IMG/VR virus record: IMGVR_UViG_3300047375_000738
Strand: one strand, 5' to 3'
Origin: a virus
Lineage: Duplodnaviria; Caudoviricetes
Length of the DNA stretch: 64,000 nucleotides
Positions 26,489 through 36,035 of this stretch are shown in pieces. Positions within the stretch are counted from its first letter, which is position 1, and each line of letters starts with the position of its first letter. Below the pieces are notes generated by a model that made no database searches, was not told the DNA's origin, and saw nothing but the letters and a program-made list of their open reading frames with translations. The position numbers and the translations under genes are program-made.

Positions 26489-28038
26489 TTATACTCCCAT
26501 AATTCGTTAAATTTAGTTTGTGCATTAACAGCCTTCTTGCCAATATTTAGACGTGTTCCGATTACGTGCATCCAATAGCGATCAAAGTCTTCAATAAGTT
26601 TTAAACTTTTTTCTCGATCTTTTAAGCTAAAGATTTCGTCTACTATTTCTTTAAACTTAACTACACCATACTTTTGGAAGTCAGTATCGTTAATTAGCAT
26701 GTACGGAAACTTGCCATTGTCGTATTCTCTGTTTGCACGTTGTGTACTTTCGATGTGCATCCAGACATTATGGCCCATTTGTAGTGCATAGCTAAAGCTA
26801 TCCCAACTGGTGCTATCTTTTTTACGCACAGTAGTATTACCATCAGCATCTAGTAGAGGATTGCCTTCTTTATCTAAGTCAACATCACCTGCTTTTACTT
26901 TTATAGTACCGACTTTGTTTTTATCACCTTCTGCATAGATACAGATATCATTCATCTTGCAATGTTTGCTAATAGGAGAGTCTTCAAATGCATCTAGTAT
27001 GTTGTCAGTTATAACTGCATCACTAAACTTGCGTTTATCTGTAGCATACTTCAATGAATCGGCACCCGGAGCCATCATGTAACTCCATTTGCCACGATCT
27101 TCGATGCGGATACTGTGATAAATCTGTCCGTTTGCTGTAGCAAGAAACGGAGATGCACAGTCGTATGTAATCATAAAGTTTTTGTTATGATATTTACGTA
27201 CTGCACGTTGAATGTCTGTAAGTAATACAGCCCATTCTAACTTACTAGTACCCAGGAAGTGCATTACATCATGCAATCCTTCTTCTAGCAAGCCATCGTG
27301 TATCATATGCACAAGGCGCCTTAAGATAAGATGCACATCACACATGTTTTGTCCGCCCATTGCCCACCCGTTAAAGTGTGTGTCTGGGTATTTTGCTGGA
27401 TCACAATAGTCCTTAAACTCTTCGTACCAACTATCAGCATCAGTATGAGTACTGCCTTGTAATACGTTGAGTACTTTAAAGTTACCACGTCTATTATCCA
27501 TGTAATAACGTGCATTAATATGTGTTGCATCAACAGCATCTTGATAGCTATGAATATTTGCTGCATCTGCTGCTTTTTTGTCTTGGAATGTCCATGTTGG
27601 AATATCGAGCATCATGCCGTAATCCATATATTCTTCCATCCAGTTTACAACTAGCTCACGTTTCTTTGCAGCCAGTGGACAATCTGGATTAGTCCAATCA
27701 CCTGGCCATAAGCCTTTAGCAATCTGGAAGCCTCCGGAGTCTCCAAGTAACCATGAATTCTCTCTATCACGCTTACGTAGCATATCTTCTTTTTCACTGA
27801 ACTTATTAGTGTCAAGCTCGGCATGTCCTGCAGAATAGAGCGCCCATTTGTAGTGGAACGCTCCTTCTTTTGAATTCAAAAAGTTCATACTTTCCATTTT
27901 GTCGATACCAACTGGAATTCTAGCTGGCTCGACATACTCTTGGAAACGTTGTTTGCCTATAAAAGTAGCATAGAAGCCACTAATGCTAGGCAAAAATACT
28001 GCATAGTCCTTCTGTGCTTCTGTGAGATCTGTATTCAT
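26485..28038 (-). CDS. TGT/DpdA-like 7-deazaguanine transglycosylase
   Basis: LGDSGGFQ, MMLDIP, VLQG, GWAMGG, HFLG, YDCASP, HNV appear in the order of TGT catalytic motifs. Confidence 0.8.
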   Translation of the reverse strand: MNTDLTEAQKDYAVFLPSISGFYATFIGKQRFQEYVEPARIPVGIDKMESMNFLNSKEGAFHYKWALYSAGHAELDTNKFSEKEDMLRKRDRENSWLLGDSGGFQIAKGLWPGDWTNPDCPLAAKKRELVVNWMEEYMDYGMMLDIPTWTFQDKKAADAANIHSYQDAVDATHINARYYMDNRRGNFKVLNVLQGSTHTDADSWYEEFKDYCDPAKYPDTHFNGWAMGGQNMCDVHLILRRLVHMIHDGLLEEGLHDVMHFLGTSKLEWAVLLTDIQRAVRKYHNKNFMITYDCASPFLATANGQIYHSIRIEDRGKWSYMMAPGADSLKYATDKRKFSDAVITDNILDAFEDSPISKHCKMNDICIYAEGDKNKVGTIKVKAGDVDLDKEGNPLLDADGNTTVRKKDSTSWDSFSYALQMGHNVWMHIESTQRANREYDNGKFPYMLINDTDFQKYGVVKFKEIVDEIFSLKDREKSLKLIEDFDRYWMHVIGTRLNIGKKAVNAQTKFNELWEYK

Positions 28039-28041
28039 GTA

Positions 28042-28770
28042 TTACTTCTGTTGTGCTGGGAGGATATAATCGTATGTTGCCATGCCACTGTCTACGCTAA
28101 TTTTCATTGCGCCTTGATCTGTGATACTAAGAGTTTTATCACCATCTAAGTTTAAAATAGCAATAGTTTGTGCAACTGGCCACGCCCAAGTATGCGTTAA
28201 TGAACCGCTGATTCCGTGTTCAAATGTAAACGAACCTGCGTGTGTAGCTTCGTCTCCAAAGTAAAAGTTTAGATTGCCATCTTCTGTTTTAACTTGGAAT
28301 ACATTTTCTTCACTATGAGCACCAGACATAAGTTTCATACGTGCAATTGATGCCATTGTAGGTTGGATTTCGACATCCCAGCTATTACCTTTGAACTTAA
28401 CACTTTTTAGTTTTTCTTCAATAATTGCTTTGTTCATAAAGCGATAATCATTCTTAAAATCACCAGTTGTGTTTTCAAAGTGAATGTGTGTTGGGATAGT
28501 TTCGCCGTTGCGATCATCTTCAACAACCGCAATGTTAGCATTTTCTTTGTACTCTGGATTGTTCAAGTGATAAGCAAGTTTGCCTAAGTCTGGCATACCA
28601 AATGTACCAGCAAATTCGCTTACTGGATTGTGCGTTTCCGCTGTCATGATAACACTACGATCGTCTGCCATTGTTTCGATCTGTGTATCTTTTTCAGCTG
28701 TAACTTTTAGTGTTGTGATAAAGCCTAATTTGTGTGTATGGCTTACGATATCTTGTAAAATGTCGTGCAT
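28042..28770 (-). CDS. Probable sliding clamp (gp45/PCNA-like)
   Basis: 242 aa, alternating beta/alpha pattern, own early promoter, C-terminal TYDYILP; family not verified. Confidence 0.55.
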   Translation of the reverse strand: MHDILQDIVSHTHKLGFITTLKVTAEKDTQIETMADDRSVIMTAETHNPVSEFAGTFGMPDLGKLAYHLNNPEYKENANIAVVEDDRNGETIPTHIHFENTTGDFKNDYRFMNKAIIEEKLKSVKFKGNSWDVEIQPTMASIARMKLMSGAHSEENVFQVKTEDGNLNFYFGDEATHAGSFTFEHGISGSLTHTWAWPVAQTIAILNLDGDKTLSITDQGAMKISVDSGMATYDYILPAQQK

Positions 28771-28790
28771 GTGATTCTCCTATATGTATT

Positions 28791-28819
28791 ATTGTACTGC
28801 ATATTTGGTATAAAGTCAA
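28791..28819 (-). promoter_or_regulatory. sigma70-type promoter TTGACT-N17-TACAAT
   Basis: Upstream of the clamp-like gene, followed by AGGAG. Confidence 0.8.
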
Positions 28820-29748
28820 CCAAATAAACTACTAACTGATTCTTCGTTTGTGACACGTCTAATAGCTTCGCCAAATAGTTGACTTACACTTACGTATCGG
28901 GTCTTTTTGCAATTCTTTGGACAGCGATTGTTAATACTGTCTGTTACTACTAGTTCTTCTAGTACACTCTTCTCAACTTTTTGACATGCTTCTCCGCTTA
29001 GTACTCCGTGTGTGATATATGCTCTAACACTTAGAGCACCGGCATCCATAATTGCTTTGGCTGCATTGCACAATGTACCACCTGAGTCGATAATGTCATC
29101 AACCAGAATGGCGTGTTTACCAGTAACATCGCCGATCAAGTTCATGACTTCGCTCTTACCCGCTTCAGGACGCATCTTATCTACAATAGCAATGTCTGCG
29201 TGGAACATATCAGCAAACTTTCTAGCACGAACAACTCCGCCTGCATCCGGCGATACAAATACTGTACCTTGTTCTGTTCCTACATTGCGTTTAATATCTT
29301 TGGCAAACACCAATCGGCTTGTTAAATCGTCTACTGGAATATCAAAGAAGCCCTGTATCTGTCCTGCGTGTAAATCCATTGTAAGTATTCTATCTGCACC
29401 TGCTGTTGCTAGTAGGTTAGCAACTAGTTTTGCTGTAATAGGTGTACGTGAAGCACTCTTACGGTCTTGTCTTGCATAACCAAAGTAAGGAATAACTGCT
29501 GTGATCCGTCTAGCACTTGATCTCTGTGCAGCATCGATCATAATCAATAGTTCCATTAGGCTATCATTTACAGGAGTACATGTACTTTGTACTATAAAAA
29601 CATCTTCGCCACGTATGTTATCATGAAACTCTACAGTTGTTTCGCCATCGGCAAATGTATCAATTTTAGATGGAACTAACGCTGCAAAACAATGCTCTGC
29701 AATTTCTTCTGCTAGAGCCATATTAGCGTTTCCGGCAATTATTTTCAC
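28816..29748 (-). CDS. prs: Ribose-phosphate pyrophosphokinase
   Basis: [52 protein letters not shown]. Confidence 0.97.
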   Translation of the reverse strand: MKIIAGNANMALAEEIAEHCFAALVPSKIDTFADGETTVEFHDNIRGEDVFIVQSTCTPVNDSLMELLIMIDAAQRSSARRITAVIPYFGYARQDRKSASRTPITAKLVANLLATAGADRILTMDLHAGQIQGFFDIPVDDLTSRLVFAKDIKRNVGTEQGTVFVSPDAGGVVRARKFADMFHADIAIVDKMRPEAGKSEVMNLIGDVTGKHAILVDDIIDSGGTLCNAAKAIMDAGALSVRAYITHGVLSGEACQKVEKSVLEELVVTDSINNRCPKNCKKTRYVSVSQLFGEAIRRVTNEESVSSLFG

Positions 29749-30485
29749 TTTCGTATCCTTTTGTTATAGTTGTTAGCAGCTTCAAGTATATTTAGATTAT
29801 TTTTAAAACTTTCTGCCATTTTTAATAATGCACTTACATCCTTAGGGAAGCAGTGTCCTCCAAATCCTCGGTCTTCAGTAACTTGTGTATGGCTACTTCC
29901 AATCCGTGAATCCAACGCAATAAGCCTTGATACATTTTCATAGTCTGTATCAGTTGCTTTGCATAAATCGTATATTTCATTAAAGAACGCAACCTTAGTT
30001 GCTAGAAAACTATTTCTAAAATACTTTGTAAGTATAAGTTCTTCGGGTGTAGCAACATCTATGTTGACATTACCCATTGCATTTAAAAATATTTCCTGCC
30101 AAAAATGTACACTATCACCGCCAATGAGTATTGTATTGTTTTCACGGAAGTCTTCTAGTGCTGATTCTGCTCTTAAGAACTCTGGTGAAAAACTAACCTT
30201 AAGAAATGTGCGTTGAATGTACTGCCAGCCTATAAGGCTTATAGTGCTTTTAATCAGCACTGGCACATTTTTAAGATCGTTGAGTACATCATATACATTC
30301 TGCATATAACAAGTACCGTCTTCTGCTTGCGGTGTTGCAACACAAACAATTACACAGTCGCAATGCCGTAAGTCGTCGTAGTATCCTTTTGTCGGATCAC
30401 TAATTAGTACTTCGTAATAGTCTTTTAATGCTTCGTGATGCGCTTGGCCTACGAAACCGTAGCCAGCAATTCCTATTTTAGTCAT
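29745..30485 (-). CDS. UDP-glucose/GDP-mannose dehydrogenase family, short form lacking the C-terminal domain
   Basis: [41 protein letters not shown]. Confidence 0.85.
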   Translation of the reverse strand: MTKIGIAGYGFVGQAHHEALKDYYEVLISDPTKGYYDDLRHCDCVIVCVATPQAEDGTCYMQNVYDVLNDLKNVPVLIKSTISLIGWQYIQRTFLKVSFSPEFLRAESALEDFRENNTILIGGDSVHFWQEIFLNAMGNVNIDVATPEELILTKYFRNSFLATKVAFFNEIYDLCKATDTDYENVSRLIALDSRIGSSHTQVTEDRGFGGHCFPKDVSALLKMAESFKNNLNILEAANNYNKRIRK

Positions 30486-31173
30486 ATTCTTTAAGTAACT
30501 TCCATGTATGTTGCCAATTATCTACTTGAATAGCTTTACTAGGATGTTTTAGTAATTTGGCTAGTGGATAGTCATTGCCACCTGGTTCCATTTTGTCACC
30601 AAAAAAGTGTATTGTAGCGCCTTTACTAAATTCGTAGTATACCTGTCCTTTATCACATCCAGTAGGATAGATGTCGATGCCTGTCTCTCCGCCAACTGTA
30701 GCAGTTATTTCTTTGAAAGAATGATTAATTTGAAATGCAATACTTTCACGTTCACGCATCAGTTTGTCGTATTTGATATATTCTTTACGTTCGTCTAGTG
30801 TGCAGTTACGTCCAATAATACTAAAGTTTACAGTACCTGGACGTTCTTCAATATGATTTCCAGTACGATATTTAAAGTTACTGCCTTGTAGCCACCCTTC
30901 AAGCATTTTTCTTAATTGGTCTGGCAATGTCCATTCGCTTTTTCGTACATTAACACCAGTAGTATAGATATCATTCCCCGAACAGTTAAACACTACTTTA
31001 GCCAGTGCATAAGTATCTTCGCCAAGTTGTTCAACAGTCTTATCTTTGTCACTTCCTGTAACAAAATATACATTATTCTTTACACAAAACTCATCAAAAA
31101 ACTGTTTAAATTCAGGATCAATTTTGCCACGGCTTGGTGTTAGTGTACCGTCAACATCAAAAACAAATTCCAT
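30478..31173 (-). CDS. HAD-IIB phosphomannomutase (eukaryotic PMM-type)
   Basis: FDVDGTLT, VTGSD, IEERPGTVNFS.IGR, GG..GIDIYP, FFGDK...GGNDY; start at the TAATG overlap. Confidence 0.85.
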   Translation of the reverse strand: MEFVFDVDGTLTPSRGKIDPEFKQFFDEFCVKNNVYFVTGSDKDKTVEQLGEDTYALAKVVFNCSGNDIYTTGVNVRKSEWTLPDQLRKMLEGWLQGSNFKYRTGNHIEERPGTVNFSIIGRNCTLDERKEYIKYDKLMRERESIAFQINHSFKEITATVGGETGIDIYPTGCDKGQVYYEFSKGATIHFFGDKMEPGGNDYPLAKLLKHPSKAIQVDNWQHTWKLLKEYD

Positions 31174-31337
31174 TAGTTCTCCATTGCACAAATAGCAGAT
31201 TCACCTTCAGTAAAACTTGCTTCTAATACTGCTTTATTGGTATGACAATTAATTTCGCTATTGTAACTGTTGTAGTATGTAACTTTATATTCATCGAACA
31301 CTGTAACATACGAAACTACTAATAATACCCAAGTCAT
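31173..31337 (-). CDS. Small hypothetical protein (54 aa, not in ORF track)
   Basis: MTWVLLVVSY...AICAMEN; ATGA and TAATG overlaps on both sides. Confidence 0.7.
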   Translation of the reverse strand: MTWVLLVVSYVTVFDEYKVTYYNSYNSEINCHTNKAVLEASFTEGESAICAMEN

Positions 31338-31741
31338 ACTTCACATACCCTTTTTCTAAGATCACTTGTACTAAATCTGTGATCACGTTTATTAAAATAA
31401 AAATCTACGCCACGTTGTAAGCATATTTCTTTACCAGTAAAGTCTTTGTCCTTATACTCTACACCTAATACTCTAACATGAATATTATACATTGTCAAGA
31501 TATCTTTTAGGTCTTGTTCGGTGCCATATGGAATAATTTCATCCACATATTTCACTGCTTTAAGTTGTGTATATCTTTCTACAATATTTTGTACAGGTGC
31601 ATTTTTTTCTTCTCTATCTACACTTGGATCCATTTGTAGTCCAACTAGTAAATAATCACATTGTTCTTTTGCTTCACGCAACATTTGTACGTGTCCTGCG
31701 TGTAGTAAATCAAATGTACTACATGTAAATCCTACTTTCAA
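31334..31741 (-). CDS. Glycerol-3-phosphate cytidylyltransferase (TagD)-like nucleotidyltransferase
   Basis: FDLLHAGH, VKYVDEII, RDHRFSTSDLR. Confidence 0.88.
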   Translation of the reverse strand: MKVGFTCSTFDLLHAGHVQMLREAKEQCDYLLVGLQMDPSVDREEKNAPVQNIVERYTQLKAVKYVDEIIPYGTEQDLKDILTMYNIHVRVLGVEYKDKDFTGKEICLQRGVDFYFNKRDHRFSTSDLRKRVCEV

Positions 31742-32301
31742 TGTAAATGCTCCTTTATTAATTTGTAATCTTTTGCGTAATATTCCTTAATATCATTAAC
31801 AAGACTTTCATCCATTGCTTCTATTATTCTATTTTGAATTTCTCTCTTCTTGGTTTCTTTAGTAGAATTAATTTTAGGCAATGGTCGTATTTGTGGAAAT
31901 AGCTTAAATTTATGTTTTAATAATATATCTAAACCTCCATCATCCATATTATAAAAGTATAATTTTCCATAAGCTGGTAAAAATTTGTATTGCGGAACTG
32001 TGTGTTCGTCAAACTCAATTTTTTTTAAAATTTCTAAAAATTTTATTACAGGATATTTTTTTCTTTGTTGAAATTCAAGAACTCCGCTAATCCAACGCTC
32101 GACTGGGTCTCTTAACACAACATGAAAAAATTTTGGTTTTACAAGATGTAATTCATTTCCAACATAAAACCAATTTCGTTCTAGGCCATAGTTAGCTACC
32201 AAGCTCGAAGCATTTTTTGGTATGCGTACAATAACATTATCTTTGTCAACTGACACACAAAGACCATAAGGATGTTTATATAAATCCAATCTTAATCCCA
32301 T
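31738..32301 (-). CDS. Sulfotransferase family protein
   Basis: IPKNASS (5'-PSB loop), LRDPVERWIS (3'-PB), H..PQ, Y.KDY. Confidence 0.75.
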   Translation of the reverse strand: MGLRLDLYKHPYGLCVSVDKDNVIVRIPKNASSLVANYGLERNWFYVGNELHLVKPKFFHVVLRDPVERWISGVLEFQQRKKYPVIKFLEILKKIEFDEHTVPQYKFLPAYGKLYFYNMDDGGLDILLKHKFKLFPQIRPLPKINSTKETKKREIQNRIIEAMDESLVNDIKEYYAKDYKLIKEHLH

Positions 32302-34973
32302 TCAAATAAAGTGTTAAATGTTGTTTTTTGTTTTGTGCTTTCTAAGTCATAGTTAAGCACACCAATAAGGTTGCCTAGTTTATTATCAATAATAACCTCT
32401 TCCATTGCATCTCCATCAAACGGCAGTTCCTTGAACCATTCTGGAATACGCAATTCATCTGTAGGATATGCAACACTTGTATAACCTAGTGGATTTTGCT
32501 TTAGTTTGCAAACAATAACTTTCATACCATCTACAATCTCTTGCGAATACTTGTCTCCATTCATACGCTTCAATGTATTCCAGTTAAGACTTGCTCTTAC
32601 ATGCCCTGGCATGTTTGCTTTGCCTTGCTTTTCTTCTAAGCGTCTGTAGTGTCCAATCTTGTTTGCACGTTTTGGTGCGCCTTTTTCCCACCCGGGCATT
32701 TCTTTAAACTCTTTACGGAATTCACTAATAGCATCAAGTAGTTCTTTTTCAGGCTTTTTATCTAGTACCATATCGAGCAAATCTTTTAAGAAGTCCTGCA
32801 TGAAAACTGGAGTATCACTGCGCTTCAAGTCCAAGCCCATTGCTTTTACTTTGCCTCTTTTGCCGTCGCTGTCACTTCTAAAGCCTTCGATGTCATACAC
32901 TAGTGCTGCATAACGTTTCTTAGTAATAAACAATCCTGTTTCTGCAACAATCTCTCTTGCTGCTGCAATAACATCGCTACGTGATCTTGGACAGTGAAAT
33001 GCATCTAACATAAACTGCGGAAATGTAGTGTTTGCCTGTTCGCATACTTGATCATACAGTGTAATTACATTGTCTTTATCCCAAGGAATGTTGCCTTTGT
33101 CAATATCATCTTTTAGTACAGGATATGCACTAAAATAACAAGAGTCAGTATCGCCATATATCATTGCTTTACCAACATGGTCATATTCGCCTGTAATAAC
33201 TTTGTTTACTTCGGCACTCATATGCTTAACAATAGTTCTGCCGCTTAGTGTAGTTGATTGTCCAATACGTTTATCAAAGAATCTACAGCCTGGATTAAGA
33301 ATAGCACCATACAAACTGTTCAAGTTAATCTTCTTAACCAACTGTCGCTTGTCCCAGTATTCGATCTCTGCATCATTTTTTGCATCTTTGGCTTTTTTAA
33401 GCATTGCTTGCAGTTCTTTACGTTCGCTATACCAACGTTTTAGCAATCCGGGAATAACACCTTCAATTTCTGTTGTAAAAACAGTACCATTTGAACTAAG
33501 CATCCAAGGTTGATTGCTATCAAAAATAAGTTTCCATATTTCGGCACCACTTAATACATGCTCTGTTCCGTCTTCTAGTTCAAGTGTAAGAGGCACATCT
33601 TTACGCTGTTCCATTACAGCATCATATTCTAATGTAGCAAACTTGCCTTCCCAAGCACCTGCAAAACTTTTCTTTTCAAGTGTAGTTGCGTTGTGCAAAA
33701 ACTCTTCTGTAAGATCTAAACGTATCTGTCCTATAATAGTTTCTGGTGCCATATTCATTGCACGAATAATACTTGGATACAGACTGTTCAAATCCATCGA
33801 ACCGATCCACTCGTGTACGCCTTTTTTTGGAAACGCAACGTATGCACCTGCTGCCGCTGTATTGCCTTCGTGGTTCTTTCTGTTTGGTACTTGTAGCCCA
33901 CGTCTGTGTGCTTCGTTAACAATTGCTTGCTCTGTAACTGCAACTGCTCCTGCTGTTGTTTGTAGTAGCACAGTGTTATCATGCGCAATTTCATTAGCAA
34001 GATCAATAAAACGTAGTTTCTTGTCTAGTTTGTCTAGTAGTGCAACGTCCTGTCTGTTGTATTCAATAAAACGTTCGAAGTCGTTGTTGTATAACTGATC
34101 AAGTGTGCCTTCATATACAGTCTTGTTCTCGCCTACTTCCATTTCACCAATAGCATCTAGTCTATATGTGTGACGTTCTTCATATGTGTACTTGCGATAC
34201 AAGTTAAGATAGTCCATATGTACTCTTCCAATAGTATCATACGTTTCGCTTGTCTTACCAAACTTTTCATATTCTCTACGCTTGGGCTTTTGTCCCCACA
34301 GACAGAATCGACGTGTGTCATCACTGCTTAAAATACGTTTAATTCTATTTACAGTATAAGGAACATCATATCCTTCACTGTTCCATCCACTGTGAATATC
34401 TGCGTCTTCGATAAGATCTAAGAACGTTGATAACATCTGTTGCTCGCCTGCTTCGCTGTTTGGAAATAGTAAGCAACTTTCACCCCAACGTTGTTTACAC
34501 ATTGCTTCTGCTTCTTCCATCGGCAAGCCTTTGGGCGGCATAGCAACTGTTACTAGCATATCTAGCCATTGTAGGTGTACAGTAATAGCAGTAATAGGCA
34601 TAAACGGATCTTCAACTGGAGCAAAGCCACGCTCTGGATCAAAGTCTGTCTCAATATCCCAAAACACTACGTTTAGTTTAGGCGCATCTTGATTAAGATA
34701 GTTTTCACTTAAACACTGGAAGATTGGATTCACATCACTTTCAAACATTGTCTTGCCTTTGTTAATAGCAAGTTCTTTTCGAAAGTCTTTTGTACTCTTG
34801 CACACAACTCTAGTTAGTGGATCGCCATAAATGCTTTTGTATTTGCCTCGCGGGTCTTCGTAATACCAAGTATACTTTGACTGATATTCATGGAAATGTC
34901 TCTTTCCATCTTTGCGCTCAACGACACGAATAATATCACTATCTCTATCAAAAAATGCATCTACGTATGCCAT
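32292..34973 (-). CDS. Family B DNA polymerase (T4 gp43-like)
   Basis: Exo WDIETD, NSEGYD, YNRQD; Pol DLNSLYPS, KINLNSLYG, YGDTDS, KKRY. Confidence 0.97.
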   Translation of the reverse strand: MAYVDAFFDRDSDIIRVVERKDGKRHFHEYQSKYTWYYEDPRGKYKSIYGDPLTRVVCKSTKDFRKELAINKGKTMFESDVNPIFQCLSENYLNQDAPKLNVVFWDIETDFDPERGFAPVEDPFMPITAITVHLQWLDMLVTVAMPPKGLPMEEAEAMCKQRWGESCLLFPNSEAGEQQMLSTFLDLIEDADIHSGWNSEGYDVPYTVNRIKRILSSDDTRRFCLWGQKPKRREYEKFGKTSETYDTIGRVHMDYLNLYRKYTYEERHTYRLDAIGEMEVGENKTVYEGTLDQLYNNDFERFIEYNRQDVALLDKLDKKLRFIDLANEIAHDNTVLLQTTAGAVAVTEQAIVNEAHRRGLQVPNRKNHEGNTAAAGAYVAFPKKGVHEWIGSMDLNSLYPSIIRAMNMAPETIIGQIRLDLTEEFLHNATTLEKKSFAGAWEGKFATLEYDAVMEQRKDVPLTLELEDGTEHVLSGAEIWKLIFDSNQPWMLSSNGTVFTTEIEGVIPGLLKRWYSERKELQAMLKKAKDAKNDAEIEYWDKRQLVKKINLNSLYGAILNPGCRFFDKRIGQSTTLSGRTIVKHMSAEVNKVITGEYDHVGKAMIYGDTDSCYFSAYPVLKDDIDKGNIPWDKDNVITLYDQVCEQANTTFPQFMLDAFHCPRSRSDVIAAAREIVAETGLFITKKRYAALVYDIEGFRSDSDGKRGKVKAMGLDLKRSDTPVFMQDFLKDLLDMVLDKKPEKELLDAISEFRKEFKEMPGWEKGAPKRANKIGHYRRLEEKQGKANMPGHVRASLNWNTLKRMNGDKYSQEIVDGMKVIVCKLKQNPLGYTSVAYPTDELRIPEWFKELPFDGDAMEEVIIDNKLGNLIGVLNYDLESTKQKTTFNTLFEWD

Positions 34974-34994
34974 ACGATCTCCTTATTATTCTTT

Positions 34995-35023
34995 ATAGTA
35001 ACATATTTAGGCAATGTTGTCAA
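34995..35023 (-). promoter_or_regulatory. sigma70-type promoter TTGACA-N17-TACTAT
   Basis: Upstream of the polymerase gene. Confidence 0.85.
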
Positions 35024-36035
35024 CAAACGATTTAGCATAAAGTATGTCATGTCTAAGTTTTTTTGCTCTAGTTAAAAATTGGTAACTTTCGTTATATAAT
35101 ATACTAGGTAATTCCATATTTTTCATTTTCTTTATATGCACCTTTTGATTATGTTTTGCTGTTTTTTCTAATGTATTGTGTAATGCTGTACTGTTATTTA
35201 GATCTTTTACTTGATTTACAATTGAATCTATACGTTGCTCGATAGTATTGTGTGCGTCAAAACTATAATCAAATACATCATGGTGTAATTTATAGCCTTC
35301 ATCTTCTAAGTGTTTGTGCATGTTTTTACATGTTACAAGTAAAAAAGGCTGTGCTTGAAACAAACAACTGTAAGTTTTTTCACTTAACAATGTAGTATCT
35401 ACAACAGGTATATCGTAGTAACTTTCAGTAACTAAATTAAAAGCACTTTTGTTCCATACATCAAGCGGTGGTGGCGGGTTATCAAAATAGTCGTAAACTA
35501 ATACTGGGTCGTGTTTAGCATAATCAAACCATTTTACAATTTTTCCTTCCCAGTTTCTATGCAGCGGCTTATTTTTTACGCTTTCTAAGTATCTTTTATG
35601 TAAGCTATCGTCATCGTCACCTACTGCTATTTGACTGTAACTTACGTAGCCAGTTTCTAGTAGTTGGTTGTCGTATAATTTATCCAGTAAATAGTCTCGA
35701 TGATATCCAAGCGATTGTTGTTGACAACAAAATAGTCTATCAATACTTTTATTATAGTTTGTAGGCTGTATACCAGTAAGTCGCATGTATCCCGGGAACT
35801 CGTAGTGCATTGGTTCTTTAGTAGTGTACGGATCCATATGAGTACAGTGCCACTTTAGTTTTCCTTGCTTAACAAAACGTGTAAATCTCTTGTCTCGAAC
35901 GTAGTCAATTATCCAGTTTGAGTCGTAACCTTCTTCCATATAGTAAAACAAATGTAGTTCGTCAACTATATCGCATATTTCCGCCAAGTTTGCTTCGGGC
36001 TGTTGATCGTTAGTAAATCCTACAACAACTGCCAT
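35007..36035 (-). CDS. Putative glycosyltransferase-like protein (paralog family A)
   Basis: FNLVTESYY...LLSEKTY...QPF...FDYSFD; function unverified. Confidence 0.55.
   Translation of the reverse strand: MAVVVGFTNDQQPEANLAEICDIVDELHLFYYMEEGYDSNWIIDYVRDKRFTRFVKQGKLKWHCTHMDPYTTKEPMHYEFPGYMRLTGIQPTNYNKSIDRLFCCQQQSLGYHRDYLLDKLYDNQLLETGYVSYSQIAVGDDDDSLHKRYLESVKNKPLHRNWEGKIVKWFDYAKHDPVLVYDYFDNPPPPLDVWNKSAFNLVTESYYDIPVVDTTLLSEKTYSCLFQAQPFLLVTCKNMHKHLEDEGYKLHHDVFDYSFDAHNTIEQRIDSIVNQVKDLNNSTALHNTLEKTAKHNQKVHIKKMKNMELPSILYNESYQFLTRAKKLRHDILYAKSFVDNIA

Noticed and set aside
28816-29748. Prs as Adps of the NARP1 NAD+ reconstitution pathway
   Set aside because: Looks like canonical full-length Prs, and no Nampt/Namat partner is in the window
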